A stretch of DNA of 58,704 nucleotides, taken from the NCBI GenBank assembly GCA_021811425.1, contig JAJZPA010000001.1, positions 1 through 58,704 on the forward strand, in the 5' to 3' direction. The position numbers and the translations under genes were made by a program. Positions 1-9,108 of this stretch are shown here, in pieces (the stretch's first letter is position 1; every line of letters starts with the position of its first letter). Source of the DNA: Bacillota bacterium (GTDB taxonomy: Bacteria > Bacillota > Desulfitobacteriia > Desulfitobacteriales > Desulfitobacteriaceae). Below the pieces are notes generated by a model. The model did no database searches and was not told where the DNA came from. It saw only the letters and a program-made list of their open reading frames with translations.

Positions 1-1
1 G

Positions 2-424
2 GCGGAAAAGGCTGCTTGGCAGGCTGTCCAGACTGACCGCTTTGACCCGTCTAACCCGTCCTCTTCTTCTCTTATAGTAGGGATACCCAGTCTGGAACAG
101 TTGCCTGCACTGATGGAAGCCTGCCAGGCAGTGTTTCATGAAGAAGGCATCGAGGTGTCATCATTGAATGTTGAGCGAATCGCAGCGGATACGGGTGGGA
201 CTGTAAGGCAGGGAGAGCCATCTGCCCAGGGAGGAACCTCTGGTATGCTGCTGAATTTTGCGCTCGTACGCCTGCATTGGAAGGGAACCTGGGCCGGAAT
301 TGAGCGAGGGCTTGCTCGCTTGGAAAATCACGATAAGTTTAGAGTGCGTGTTCAAGAAGTGTCTCTGAAGCAAGCTGGCGGAGAAGGGACTTTGGAGATA
401 TATTTTCGCTCCCCCGTGCCGTAA
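2..424 (+). CDS. hypothetical protein, C-terminal part (5' end outside window)
   Basis: The frame is open from base 2 to the TAA at 422-424, so the TTG at 101 in the ORF track is probably internal. I can name no motif. A PilO-like pilus-assembly role is only a positional guess (upstream of pepP-efp). Confidence 0.45.
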   Translation, partial: AEKAAWQAVQTDRFDPSNPSSSSLIVGIPSLEQLPALMEACQAVFHEEGIEVSSLNVERIAADTGGTVRQGEPSAQGGTSGMLLNFALVRLHWKGTWAGIERGLARLENHDKFRVRVQEVSLKQAGGEGTLEIYFRSPVP

Positions 425-474
425 GTTCGGAACCTGACATTCCCCTCATCCCATATTTTAACAGAGGGGGGATT

Positions 475-1032
475 ATGATGGCCGGACAGAAGTATGTTAT
501 TCAGCCTGGAGATACCTTTTACCGTTTGTCTCAACGCTGGGGTGGAACGTGTGATGATTGGATCATGGCCAACCCTCACCTGAACCCCCAGACTCTGCAA
601 GTGGGGCAGAGCATCGTGCTGCCACCCTTAAGCGCTGGGCGCGACCAATATGTGGAGGTCTCGCCCGCTCAAGGGCGGGGGTTTAGTGGTGAACACATGG
701 ACGAAATCGAGATGGAATTGGCAGGTGTGCAGTTTAAACTGAGGCGGGTGGGGGAGAGTCGGATTCCGCATGAGATACACGTTATCCTGCCGCGCGCAGA
801 GATCCGCAAAATCCAGCCGCAGGGGGAACACGGACCGACAGAGGTTCAGATCATGCTGAGCAATGTCAACATCGTGCACTCCCCACGCCTGACGAGCGAA
901 GGGTCTGACAAGGCGGAAACCGGGAAGCGCAGTCCTAGTGTGAGCGAGGATTCTTCTATGAGGGAGAGGCTGGCCATGGGAGAAGGCTCAGCTCTGAACC
1001 AAGGGCCCACAAGAATTGAGTTTCCGCGGTGA
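475..1032 (+). CDS. LysM domain protein
   Basis: RBS GAGGGGGG lies upstream of the ATG. N-terminal LysM motif: YVIQPGDTFYRLSQRWGGTCDDWIMANPHLNPQTLQVGQSIVLP. The remainder has no domain I recognise. Confidence 0.7.
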   Translation: MMAGQKYVIQPGDTFYRLSQRWGGTCDDWIMANPHLNPQTLQVGQSIVLPPLSAGRDQYVEVSPAQGRGFSGEHMDEIEMELAGVQFKLRRVGESRIPHEIHVILPRAEIRKIQPQGEHGPTEVQIMLSNVNIVHSPRLTSEGSDKAETGKRSPSVSEDSSMRERLAMGEGSALNQGPTRIEFPR

Positions 1033-1098
1033 TACCAAGCTGGGGCTATCTCACTGAAAGATGGCCTCAATTTCTTTATACATACCCATTCCCTTTTT

Positions 1099-1177
1099 GT
1101 CATTCTGAACGAAGACCCTGTCATTCTGAACGAAGTGAAGAATCTTGTTAAGATCCTTCGCTGACGCTCAGGATGAC
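1099..1177. repeat. REP-like palindromic element with a duplicated left half
   Basis: GTCATTCTGAACGAAG occurs at 1099-1114 and again at 1120-1135. The second copy extends to ...TGAAGAATC (1144). A 7-nt loop follows, then the imperfect inverted arm GATCCTTCGCTGACGCTCAGGATGAC (1152-1177). Confidence 0.8.
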
Positions 1178-1368
1178 AACATCGTTATCACACCTCAACT
1201 GTAGGCTTTGTTAATTCCCGCTGTGTGGAGGAAAGAAAAATTCGTGAGCGGAAAATACTATGCTCTGAAGAAAAGATGTGATAATATTTTGTGGGTAAGC
1301 TATAAGGCGGGGAATACCTGCAAACAACTAGGCCGAGAAACGTTTCGGAAATGAAAGGGGTTCCTCAG

Positions 1369-2430
1369 ATGAAGCGAGTTGAGCGCATGCGCGCGAGCAT
1401 GCTTGCCTTGAATCTGGATGCCTGTGTGGTGTCCCGCCCGGAAAACATCCGTTACCTCAGCGGCTTTACAGGAGGAGAGGGAATTCTCTTCATCCGTCCG
1501 GGAAAAGCCTATCTCCTTACAGATTTTCGCTATATTGAGCAGGCCAAAGCGGAAGCTCCGGAGTTCGAGATTGTACAGATTAAGGAGAATCGGTATGCCC
1601 CCTTGAAGGATGTAGGTGGGGAGCGGGGCCAGATCGGGTTTGAGGGGGATTTTCTTACATATACCGAGTATGAAAAACTACAGCAGGCCTTGCCTGGGGC
1701 GACGTTTCGCTCCGTTTCCGAGACGGTAACATCACTGCGGGGTGTGAAGGATGCTGGGGAAATCGCCTTGATTCGTCAGGCGGTGAAAGCGGCGGACGCT
1801 GCTTTCGAGGTACTCTTGCAAGAACGTTTAGTGGGTCAGACGGAGGAAGAGATTTTCCTGGCCTTGGAGTTCGCGGTGCGTAAGGCGGGAGCGAGCGGGC
1901 GTTCTTTTGATTTCATTGTTGCCTCAGGTTGGCGGGGGGCATTGCCTCACGGAACCGCAAGCAGCAAGGTCGTAGAGCGGGGCGAGTTCTTAACCTTGGA
2001 TTTCGGCGGGGTGGTTCACGGCTACTGTTCGGACATAACGCGGACCGTGGCGATCGGAGAACCGGATGAGAAGCAGAGAGAAATCTATGACATAGTCCTG
2101 GCGGCGCAGAAGGAAGGCGTGCGGGCGGTCAAGCCGGGGTTGACCGGCAAAGAAGTGGATGCCGTGGCGCGGAAGGTTATCGAAACGCATGGGTATGGCG
2201 AATATTTTGGGCATGGCCTTGGGCATTCTGTGGGCCTCGCCATTCATGAAGGTCCTAATCTCAGCGTGCGGGAGGAGCGCATCCTCGAACCGGGGATGGT
2301 TCTCACCGTCGAACCTGGGATCTATATTCCGAACTGGGGCGGGGTTCGCATCGAAGACATGGTGCTCGTGACAGAAACGGGATGCGAAGTCTTGACACAA
2401 AGTCCGAAGGATCTTATTATCATCGAGTAG
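1369..2430 (+). CDS. Xaa-Pro aminopeptidase/dipeptidase (peptidase M24B)
   Basis: Motifs typical of M24B: HGLGHSVGLAIHEGP, VEPGIYIP, GGVRIEDMV. The second ATG (1369) has RBS AAAGGGG with 8-nt spacing; the ORF-track start at 1351 is also possible. It sits upstream of efp, like B. subtilis yqhT. Confidence 0.9.
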   Translation: MKRVERMRASMLALNLDACVVSRPENIRYLSGFTGGEGILFIRPGKAYLLTDFRYIEQAKAEAPEFEIVQIKENRYAPLKDVGGERGQIGFEGDFLTYTEYEKLQQALPGATFRSVSETVTSLRGVKDAGEIALIRQAVKAADAAFEVLLQERLVGQTEEEIFLALEFAVRKAGASGRSFDFIVASGWRGALPHGTASSKVVERGEFLTLDFGGVVHGYCSDITRTVAIGEPDEKQREIYDIVLAAQKEGVRAVKPGLTGKEVDAVARKVIETHGYGEYFGHGLGHSVGLAIHEGPNLSVREERILEPGMVLTVEPGIYIPNWGGVRIEDMVLVTETGCEVLTQSPKDLIIIE

Positions 2431-2509
2431 ATGTTAGGTACAGAAGACGTTGTTTAACCTCAAATTGGACAAGCTATTTTGGATAAGACTTAACTGGGAG
2501 GAAAACGCT

Positions 2510-3067
2510 ATGATTTCTTCGAACGAATTTAAGACCGGTGTAACGATTGAAGTGGACGGCGATGTCTATACGATTGTGGAGTTCCAACACGTCAAGCCCG
2601 GCAAAGGGGCGGCTTTCGTCCGTACCAAGTTGAAAAACATTAAAAACGGCGGAGTTGTAGAACGCAAATTCAATGCCGGTGAGAAGGTCCCCAAAGCGCA
2701 TGTGGAGCGCCGTGAAATGCAGTATCTCTATAAAGATGGGGAGCATTTTGTGGTGATGGACAATGAAAACTATGAGCAATTGTCCTTGACTGAGGGGCAA
2801 ATCGGGGATGGCGTTAAGTGGCTGAAGGAGAATATGAACCTGGGTGTGCTGTTCTTTGGGACAAGCGTGATCGGCGTCGATATCCCGAACATCGTGCAGC
2901 TGACGGTAACGGCGACTGAACCAGGGGTCAAGGGTGATACGGCCACAGGCGGTTCTAAACCGGCGACTGTGGAAACAGGGGCCATCGTTCAGGTTCCTTT
3001 CTTTGTCAATGAAGGGGATGTGCTGATTATCGATACCCGTACCGGAAACTACGTCCAAAGAGCCTGA
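2510..3067 (+). CDS. efp: elongation factor P
   Basis: [43 protein letters not shown] is a canonical EF-P N-terminus. RBS GGGAGG precedes the ATG at 2510. The 20-aa extension from 2450 is rejected. Confidence 0.97.
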   Translation: MISSNEFKTGVTIEVDGDVYTIVEFQHVKPGKGAAFVRTKLKNIKNGGVVERKFNAGEKVPKAHVERREMQYLYKDGEHFVVMDNENYEQLSLTEGQIGDGVKWLKENMNLGVLFFGTSVIGVDIPNIVQLTVTATEPGVKGDTATGGSKPATVETGAIVQVPFFVNEGDVLIIDTRTGNYVQRA

Positions 3068-3120
3068 GTAAAGTACAAGTTGCCTCCTTTGGGGAAGGCA
3101 GAAATTCTACGATCCCCAAG

Positions 3121-3168
3121 AGTCCGCTGGAGATTTATTTTAAATCTTTCAGGCGGACTTTTTCTTTT
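3121..3168 (+). terminator. rho-independent terminator after efp
   Basis: AGTCCGC...GCGGACT outer stem with an extended imperfect stem, followed by TTTTTCTTTT. Confidence 0.75.
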
Positions 3169-3169
3169 A

Positions 3170-3198
3170 GTCTAAAACAAGGGTTTGGGACATACCTT
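3170..3198 (+). promoter_or_regulatory. candidate sigma-E-type promoter of spoIIIA operon
   Basis: GTCTAAA-N14-CATACCTT compared with the consensus as I recall it (ZHATAxx-N14-CATACAHT). One mismatch in each element. About 22 nt upstream of the spoIIIAA GTG. Confidence 0.4.
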
Positions 3199-3219
3199 CT
3201 AACAGGAGGGACCAGAAAC

Positions 3220-4254
3220 GTGCCGCTTCATTATGTTGTACCTTTGAAGAAAAAAACTGCATCCGATCCGGCGAGGGAGATGAATCAGAGGGGCTCGCTG
3301 GCAGGCCGAGGCTTGCTCAAGTGGTTTAATGATCAAGTGAGGGAAATTCTCTATCAAGTTGAGCTGCACTATGCGGTTTTGGAGGAAATTCGTCTGCGGG
3401 CGAACCAACCTCTATTGATTCGATTGACTGGCCGGGATGTGTTTCTGAATGCCGAGGGGGCCGAAGTGGAGCCGTCTCAGGCCTACCGAGTCACCTCCGA
3501 GGACCTGAGCGAAACGCTGGAGCGTTTGACACAAAGCTCGATTTATGCTGCCGAAGAGGAGATCCGGCAGGGTTTTCTAACCCTTCCGGGAGGACATCGG
3601 GTGGGGATCACCGGTGAGGCGGTTTTGCAGCAGGGCCGGGTACAAACCCTTAAACATATCACTGGTTTGAACTTTCGTGTAGCGAAGGAAGCCAAAGGTT
3701 TCGGTCTCAACTTATTGCCTTTCCTGGTGACATCCGAGGGCAGGCTCTTTCACACCCTAATTATTTCCATGCCGCGGGCCGGCAAGACCACCTTACTGCG
3801 CTCTCTGATTCGTTTGCTAAGTGACGGGGTTCCTGAACTGAATCTTCAAGGGCAGACGGTCGGGGTGGTGGATGAGCGGGGGGAGCTGGCAGGCATGTGG
3901 CAAGGGGTGCCAGGCTTCAACCTGGGTGTGCGCACGGATGTCTTGGATGGCTGCCCTAAGGCGGTGGGTATGAGCATGCTCATCAGGGCGATGGCCCCGC
4001 AGATCGTCGCGGTGGATGAATTAGGACAGGATGAGGATGCGCTGGCGGTCACGGAGGCCCTGCGAAGTGGAGTAAGCGTTTTGAGTACGGCCCATGCTTC
4101 CTCTCTGGCGGAGGCAAGGGCCCGCCCATCCCTGGAGCGTCTGCTGACGGCAGGGGTTTTCGAACGGTTGGTCATTCTCAGCCGCAGGGAGGGGCCAGGT
4201 ACGATCGAGGGTGTGCTGGACTTGACGAGCGGGCAATCCCTTCTGGGACGATAG
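3220..4254 (+). CDS. spoIIIAA: stage III sporulation protein AA (ATPase)
   Basis: GTG start 9 nt after GGAGGG. Walker A: MPRAGKTTLLRS. It is the first gene of an eight-gene spoIIIA-type operon. Confidence 0.9.
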   Translation: MPLHYVVPLKKKTASDPAREMNQRGSLAGRGLLKWFNDQVREILYQVELHYAVLEEIRLRANQPLLIRLTGRDVFLNAEGAEVEPSQAYRVTSEDLSETLERLTQSSIYAAEEEIRQGFLTLPGGHRVGITGEAVLQQGRVQTLKHITGLNFRVAKEAKGFGLNLLPFLVTSEGRLFHTLIISMPRAGKTTLLRSLIRLLSDGVPELNLQGQTVGVVDERGELAGMWQGVPGFNLGVRTDVLDGCPKAVGMSMLIRAMAPQIVAVDELGQDEDALAVTEALRSGVSVLSTAHASSLAEARARPSLERLLTAGVFERLVILSRREGPGTIEGVLDLTSGQSLLGR

Positions 4255-4279
4255 ACCCGCTGAATTTTGGAGGCAAAGC

Positions 4280-4789
4280 ATGTTAATGATTGGATCGCTG
4301 GGTTTGATTATCGCCTGCGGTGGGATTGGGCTTTGGCTGGCCGATCGGGCACGCCGCCGTCCAGGTGAACTTCGGGCCTGTTTAACCGCACTGTCCCTGT
4401 TGGATACGGAAATTTACTGGGGGTCTACCCCTCTTCCCGAAGCCTGTGCGGGGATTGCGGCCCGGATCGGGGTACCTTGGCAGGGTTTCTTTGAGGAAAT
4501 CCAAGGGCGGATCGAAGGCGGGGAAGGGGCTTGGAGTGCTTGGAAAGCCACAGTGGCCAATCAAACCGGGAACTTTTGCCTAAAACCGGAAGACTGGCTG
4601 GTGGTTTTGGATGTCGGCAAAGGGCTGGGGCGCTCGGATCGTCAGGAGCAGCATAAACAGCTGGAACTGGTGCAGAAGCACCTGGGGCAATTGCGAGAAC
4701 AGGCTGCTTCCTGGGCTGAGAGACAAGCCAAGATGTGGTCTTATTTAGGCTTCCTTGTCGGCTTCGCCGTCGTTATCTTCCTCATATAG
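4280..4789 (+). CDS. spoIIIAB: stage III sporulation protein AB
   Basis: 169 aa with N- and C-terminal TM segments. Second position in the spoIIIA operon. Confidence 0.85.
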   Translation: MLMIGSLGLIIACGGIGLWLADRARRRPGELRACLTALSLLDTEIYWGSTPLPEACAGIAARIGVPWQGFFEEIQGRIEGGEGAWSAWKATVANQTGNFCLKPEDWLVVLDVGKGLGRSDRQEQHKQLELVQKHLGQLREQAASWAERQAKMWSYLGFLVGFAVVIFLI

Positions 4790-4806
4790 AGAAAGGAGAA
4801 TAGCGG

Positions 4807-5004
4807 ATGGACCTGAACATGGTACTCAGAATCGCAGGAATTGGGATATTTGTCGGGGTCTTGGTCACCCTCCTCAATGAGTCGGGGAAAAGGGAAATCG
4901 CTCAGTTGGTCACAGTGGCTGGGGTTGTTTTGGTGCTATTCACAGTCATTCAGGGGATATCTCAGCTCTTCACGTTGGTTAAAAGTGTATTTCAATTGTA
5001 TTAG
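4807..5004 (+). CDS. spoIIIAC: stage III sporulation protein AC
   Basis: 65-aa two-TM protein: ...IAGIGIFVGVLVTLLNESGKREIAQLVTVAGVVLVL... Operon position fits. Confidence 0.9.
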   Translation: MDLNMVLRIAGIGIFVGVLVTLLNESGKREIAQLVTVAGVVLVLFTVIQGISQLFTLVKSVFQLY

Positions 5005-5015
5005 GGGGCTTGGGG

Positions 5016-5402
5016 GTGGAAATTTGGCAAATCGTCGGCTTAGCCCTGATCGTGACCATTATTGGGGTGGTTCTGCGCAAAATCCAGCCGGAAATCGCAG
5101 TGCAGCTCAGTATTCTGGCGGGCGCTGTCATCTTTTTGCTCATGTTCGGCAAGATCAAGGTTATTGTCGATCTGCTCCAGAACCTAGCCGACCAAGCCAA
5201 TATCAGTTCCTATTACTTGATCATCGTTTTGAAGATTGTGGGGATCTCCTATTTGGCTGAATTCGGTGCTCAGATCTGCCGGGATGCGGGAGAAGGCGCT
5301 CTCGCGACAAAGGTGGAACTCGCCGCCAAAATCGGGGTCCTGGTTCTGGCGATTCCGATTATTGTAGCGATTCTCGAATCTTTGGTACGCTTAATTCCGT
5401 GA
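5016..5402 (+). CDS. spoIIIAD: stage III sporulation protein AD
   Basis: About 128-aa membrane protein. The N-terminus VEIWQIVGLALI resembles B. subtilis SpoIIIAD. GTG 5016 lies 6 nt after GGGGG. The ORF-track TTG at 5010 has no RBS spacing. Confidence 0.85.
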   Translation: MEIWQIVGLALIVTIIGVVLRKIQPEIAVQLSILAGAVIFLLMFGKIKVIVDLLQNLADQANISSYYLIIVLKIVGISYLAEFGAQICRDAGEGALATKVELAAKIGVLVLAIPIIVAILESLVRLIP

Positions 5403-5403
5403 G

Positions 5404-6603
5404 GTGATGCTCGTGCAGCGCTTTATTATTTCTCTCCTCCTTTCTTTTTTCCTCTGCTTTGGGACAACTCCTCCAGCCGTCTGGGCGGGCGAGGGCGCTT
5501 CGACAGCGGGTGCGGGCCAGGCCATCGAAGCGGTCGATCTCGCACAGCATGTTGATTTATCCAAAATGCGCCTGTTTCTGGAAACTTTGGATCAGGATGT
5601 GCAGCAGTCCTTGCCCAGTTTTTCCCTGAGCCGAATCTTTGAGGGTCTTAAGTCCGGAAGGCTGGATCTGGATCCAGGGAAAGTTGGCCGTGATCTTTTG
5701 GCTTTCATCGGGAAGGAAATCTTAAAAACCGCACCGCTGATTGGCAAGCTCCTCGTCCTGGCTGTGTTATCGGCCCTTTTGCAGCAGCTTCAAGGAGCCT
5801 TTGGTGGTTCTGTTGGCAAGCTCTCGCAGATGCTTTCCTATCTGGTGCTCTTGAGTTTAGCCATGGCTTCCTTTCAAGCGGTGATGGACATTGCGCAAGG
5901 GGCGGTTGACCAGATGATCGGCTTGATGCAGGCTCTATTTCCGGTGATGCTCACCCTCCTGCTGGCCATGGGAAACCTGGCAACCGCAGCGTTGTTCCGT
6001 CCCATGGTGCTTGCCAGCCTTACCTTCTTGGCGACCCTCTTGAAAACGGTCATTTTGCCCCTGTTTTTCTTGGGGGCGGTTCTACGCTTGTTCAATCAAA
6101 TATCTGAACAGTTTAAGGTGACTAAACTTGCCGGGCTTCTGGAATTTATGGGTAAGGTCAGCTTAGGTTTAGTTATGACCTTGTTCATTTCCCTCATGAC
6201 CTTGCAGGGAGTAACCGGTGGGGTGGCTGATGGAGTCGCCTTGCGCACAGCTAAGTATTCTGTGGACATGATTCCTGTCGTGGGAAAATTTTTTAAAGAT
6301 TCGGTGGAGTTGCTGATTACCTCCGGACTTTTACTGCGTAATGCCTTGGGGCTGATCGCTTTTTTGGCTTTGCTGATCATCTGTTTGGGACCGCTGGTGA
6401 AGATCCTAGCCATGCTCTTTGTCTTCAAGCTCTCGGCCGCCTTGATTGAACCCTTGGGTGAGAGCCATTTGGCAGACAGCCTGCAGGATATGGCTAAAAG
6501 CTTGACCTATATCTTTGGAGCCGTGGCTGCCGTTGGAGTCATGTTCTTTATCACTATTGTAGTGGTGGTGAGTACGGGGAATCTTTCCGTGATGCTGCGA
6601 TGA
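5404..6603 (+). CDS. spoIIIAE: stage III sporulation protein AE
   Basis: 399-aa polytopic membrane protein with a signal-like N-terminus. Operon position fits. The exact start (5404, 5407 or 5413) is uncertain. Confidence 0.88.
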   Translation: MMLVQRFIISLLLSFFLCFGTTPPAVWAGEGASTAGAGQAIEAVDLAQHVDLSKMRLFLETLDQDVQQSLPSFSLSRIFEGLKSGRLDLDPGKVGRDLLAFIGKEILKTAPLIGKLLVLAVLSALLQQLQGAFGGSVGKLSQMLSYLVLLSLAMASFQAVMDIAQGAVDQMIGLMQALFPVMLTLLLAMGNLATAALFRPMVLASLTFLATLLKTVILPLFFLGAVLRLFNQISEQFKVTKLAGLLEFMGKVSLGLVMTLFISLMTLQGVTGGVADGVALRTAKYSVDMIPVVGKFFKDSVELLITSGLLLRNALGLIAFLALLIICLGPLVKILAMLFVFKLSAALIEPLGESHLADSLQDMAKSLTYIFGAVAAVGVMFFITIVVVVSTGNLSVMLR

Positions 6604-6616
6604 AGGAGGGGAAGGC

Positions 6617-7189
6617 TTGCAAGCCCTGCAGACACTCATCCACAATTTGGCCATCATTCTGCTCCTGGCTACCTTTATGGAAATGCTGCTGCCCAATAAG
6701 AGCATGCGCAGGTATGTTCAACTGGTTATGGGATTGTTTGTTATCTCAGCGGTCTTAAACCCCCTGACGGCCTTTTTAAAGCACCCTTTAGAGCTGGAGA
6801 TTCCGGCCTGGACCTCGGCTGCCCCGCAGGATATGGCGGTTTTGGCGGCAGACGGGGTGAGATTAGGCAAAGATGCGGTCGAGGAGCAGTATCGGCGTAT
6901 TTTGGTTCACCAGATCCGGGCCCTGGCCCTGGGGGTTGGGGGAGTGGGAGAGGCCCAGGTCGAGATCAGTTTTGCAGAAACAAGTGCGGGCTTGACGGAT
7001 CAACCACGGATTGCCGGAGTGGAGATCTTGCTCTCTCCCGCGCAAGGAACCGTGGAACCTGTGCGACCGGTGCTGATTGGCGGGGAGGCTCAGAACCCGA
7101 AGTCAGAGAACCCTGTCGCCCTGGATGTGAAGGAGAAGGTTGCGAAACTCATGGAGATTCCGGAAGAGACGATCGTGGTGCACTTTTAG
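6617..7189 (+). CDS. spoIIIAF: stage III sporulation protein AF
   Basis: TTG start 6 nt after GGAGGGG. Two N-terminal TM helices followed by a soluble domain. Operon position fits. Confidence 0.85.
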   Translation: MQALQTLIHNLAIILLLATFMEMLLPNKSMRRYVQLVMGLFVISAVLNPLTAFLKHPLELEIPAWTSAAPQDMAVLAADGVRLGKDAVEEQYRRILVHQIRALALGVGGVGEAQVEISFAETSAGLTDQPRIAGVEILLSPAQGTVEPVRPVLIGGEAQNPKSENPVALDVKEKVAKLMEIPEETIVVHF

Positions 7190-7210
7190 AAGAGACAAGG
7201 GGGGTCAAGC

Positions 7211-7852
7211 ATGGTCAAAAAGCTGGAAAAGCGCCTTAGGATCCGAGACTCGCATGTGCACAAGCCGGAAGGCCAGAACCCAAAGAACGAAAAGGGGTTC
7301 TTGGACGGGTTGCTCAAAAATGAGAACCTCATGAAGCTGATGGTTGCTGCGATGGTCGTTTCGGTCGCCATGATTCTCTGGGGGAAGGGGACAACAGCCG
7401 AGGCTCCGGCCGTGAAAACAACCCCCCAAAGCCAGGGGGTGGAGAGCAGCCGCATCACAGCTTTGGAAAAGGCGTTGGAAAATAAGCTCGCAGAAAATCT
7501 ACGCCAAATGCAGGGAGTTGGACAAGTACAGGTAACAGTGACGCTGGCTTCCGGGATTAAGAGTGATTACGCTAAAAATGAGAGTATCACCAAACGGACC
7601 ACGGAAGAGACAGACAAGGCGGGCGGGGTCAGAAAGTCGACGGAAACGACGGAAAATGATCAGCTGGTCATGCCGAATGGGGTCGCGCAGCCCGTGGTGA
7701 TCATGGAAGAGAGTCCAGCCGTCGCTGGAGTCTTGGTGATTGCGGAAGGGGCGAAAGAAGCGAAGGTGCGGGAAGGCATCCATAACGCAGTGCGCACGCT
7801 GCTCAACATTCCGACGAGCAAGATCACAGTCGAAGCGATGGGAGGGATCTAG
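7211..7852 (+). CDS. spoIIIAG: stage III sporulation protein AG
   Basis: 213 aa with a single TM segment and a C-terminal EscJ/YscJ-like ring-forming region (VQVTVTLASG...AGVLVIAEGA...). Operon position fits. Confidence 0.85.
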   Translation: MVKKLEKRLRIRDSHVHKPEGQNPKNEKGFLDGLLKNENLMKLMVAAMVVSVAMILWGKGTTAEAPAVKTTPQSQGVESSRITALEKALENKLAENLRQMQGVGQVQVTVTLASGIKSDYAKNESITKRTTEETDKAGGVRKSTETTENDQLVMPNGVAQPVVIMEESPAVAGVLVIAEGAKEAKVREGIHNAVRTLLNIPTSKITVEAMGGI

Positions 7853-7853
7853 A

Positions 7854-8414
7854 GTGAAGCTGACCCTATTTTGGCTGCCTAGTCCGAGGGTGAAGAAACT
7901 TGTTTGGGGAGGGGTTTTGGGTGTGAGCGCGGGCTTGGTTCTCTTGGCTGTCGCTTGGGCAACGGGTTTAGGACATGAAAAATCATATTTTCCCCACGAC
8001 AACAGTCTGCCTGTCAGTGCTCAGGATATTCAAGTTCAGATTGAATCTCTTCCCCTGCGCAGCCTGCAGGGAGAGGACTACTTTGTCAATTATCGCTTAG
8101 AGAGGGAAAAGTATCGGCAAGAGGCAAAAGGGATGCTGCAAGCGTTATTGAATAGTGTCGATAGTAAAAGCCGGGCCGAGGCGCAAGCACAGTGGTTGGC
8201 AATCAGCACCCAAATTGAGACAGAGGGAGAAATAGAAAATCTATTGAAGATTAAAGGATTTAAAGATGTGGTGGTGAATTACTCAACCGCAGGCGTTCAT
8301 GTGATCATTTATGCGGAACAACTCGCAGCCGGCGAGATTGGGCTCATTCAGGAGATCGTGCAGCGCGTGTCGCATTTACGTCTCGATCAGATCGTCATCT
8401 CTGCTCGCGCCTGA
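7854..8414 (+). CDS. spoIIIAH: stage III sporulation protein AH
   Basis: In-frame GTG at 7854, 1 nt after the spoIIIAG stop (7850-7852). N-terminal TM segment, then a YscJ-like domain (ENLLKIKGFKDVVVNYSTAGVHVIIYAE). The 38-codon upstream extension from 7740 overlaps spoIIIAG and is rejected. Confidence 0.85.
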   Translation: MKLTLFWLPSPRVKKLVWGGVLGVSAGLVLLAVAWATGLGHEKSYFPHDNSLPVSAQDIQVQIESLPLRSLQGEDYFVNYRLEREKYRQEAKGMLQALLNSVDSKSRAEAQAQWLAISTQIETEGEIENLLKIKGFKDVVVNYSTAGVHVIIYAEQLAAGEIGLIQEIVQRVSHLRLDQIVISARA

Positions 8415-8541
8415 AATGTCGAGTATGTTTTAAAATAAATCTTTCTGGGCCGGCAGGAAATTACGCCGGGAGCGCGAATTGAATGTAAGATAGCAGGTTA
8501 AACAGGATCACGGTCAAAATTGAGGGTGAGGGACGTCTTAG

Positions 8542-8922
8542 ATGAGCACAGTTCTCGTTGCAGATGATGCTAGTTTTATGAGGCTGATGATCAAGCAGAT
8601 CCTAATCCGGCAGGGTTGTTCTAATGTTCTGGAGGCGGATAACGGCTTTGCGGCCATTGAACTCTATAAAGAGAAAAGGCCGGATTTAACCATTTTAGAT
8701 ATCACCATGCCGGAAGTGGACGGACTTCAAGCCTTGACGGAAATACTCGCTTATGATGCGTCAGCGAGAGTGATCATGTGTAGTGCTGTGGCTCAAGAGG
8801 TGATGGTGCGAGAAGCGATGCGCTTGGGAGCCTTGGATTTTGTGGTAAAGCCGTTTCGGCCTGATGATTTGCTGAAAATTGCACGTAAGTATCTCCCGTG
8901 TGCTGGAGGTCGCGGTTTTTAA
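8542..8922 (+). CDS. single-domain CheY-like response regulator receiver
   Basis: Receiver signature residues are present: VLVADDASFMR (acidic pair), LTILDITMPEVDG (phospho-Asp), IMCSA, FVVKPF. There is no output domain (126 aa). Confidence 0.85.
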   Translation: MSTVLVADDASFMRLMIKQILIRQGCSNVLEADNGFAAIELYKEKRPDLTILDITMPEVDGLQALTEILAYDASARVIMCSAVAQEVMVREAMRLGALDFVVKPFRPDDLLKIARKYLPCAGGRGF

Positions 8923-8956
8923 AGCAAAGGTTTTTGAGTTTCTTTGGTCTAAAGGA

Positions 8957-8996
8957 AAAATCCTCTTTAGCGTACAAAGGGGATTTTGTTCTGTTT
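8957..8996 (+). terminator. rho-independent terminator after the CheY-like gene
   Basis: AAAATCCTCTTT / AAAGGGGATTTT stem (one G-U pair), 7-nt loop, then a T-rich tail GTTCTGTTT. Confidence 0.7.
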
Positions 8997-9040
8997 AAAG
9001 ATATTTGCTAGACAAATACTGTATACTTTTATGGGTTTCA

Positions 9041-9070
9041 TTGCAATGGGTTTGCACCTGCCCATATAAT
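9041..9070 (+). promoter_or_regulatory. candidate sigma-A promoter for the carboxylase genes
   Basis: TTGCAA (9041-9046), 18-nt spacer, TATAAT (9065-9070). Confidence 0.5.
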
Positions 9071-9108
9071 AGAGCATGAGTTTTAAGAAACGGGTCGAGG
9101 AGAGGGGT

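Noticed and set aside
4841-5260. 139-aa +-strand ORF in an alternative frame across spoIIIAC and spoIIIAD.
   Set aside because: It overlaps two well-supported membrane-protein genes out of frame. It has Arg/Ser/Gly-rich nonsense composition and no RBS.
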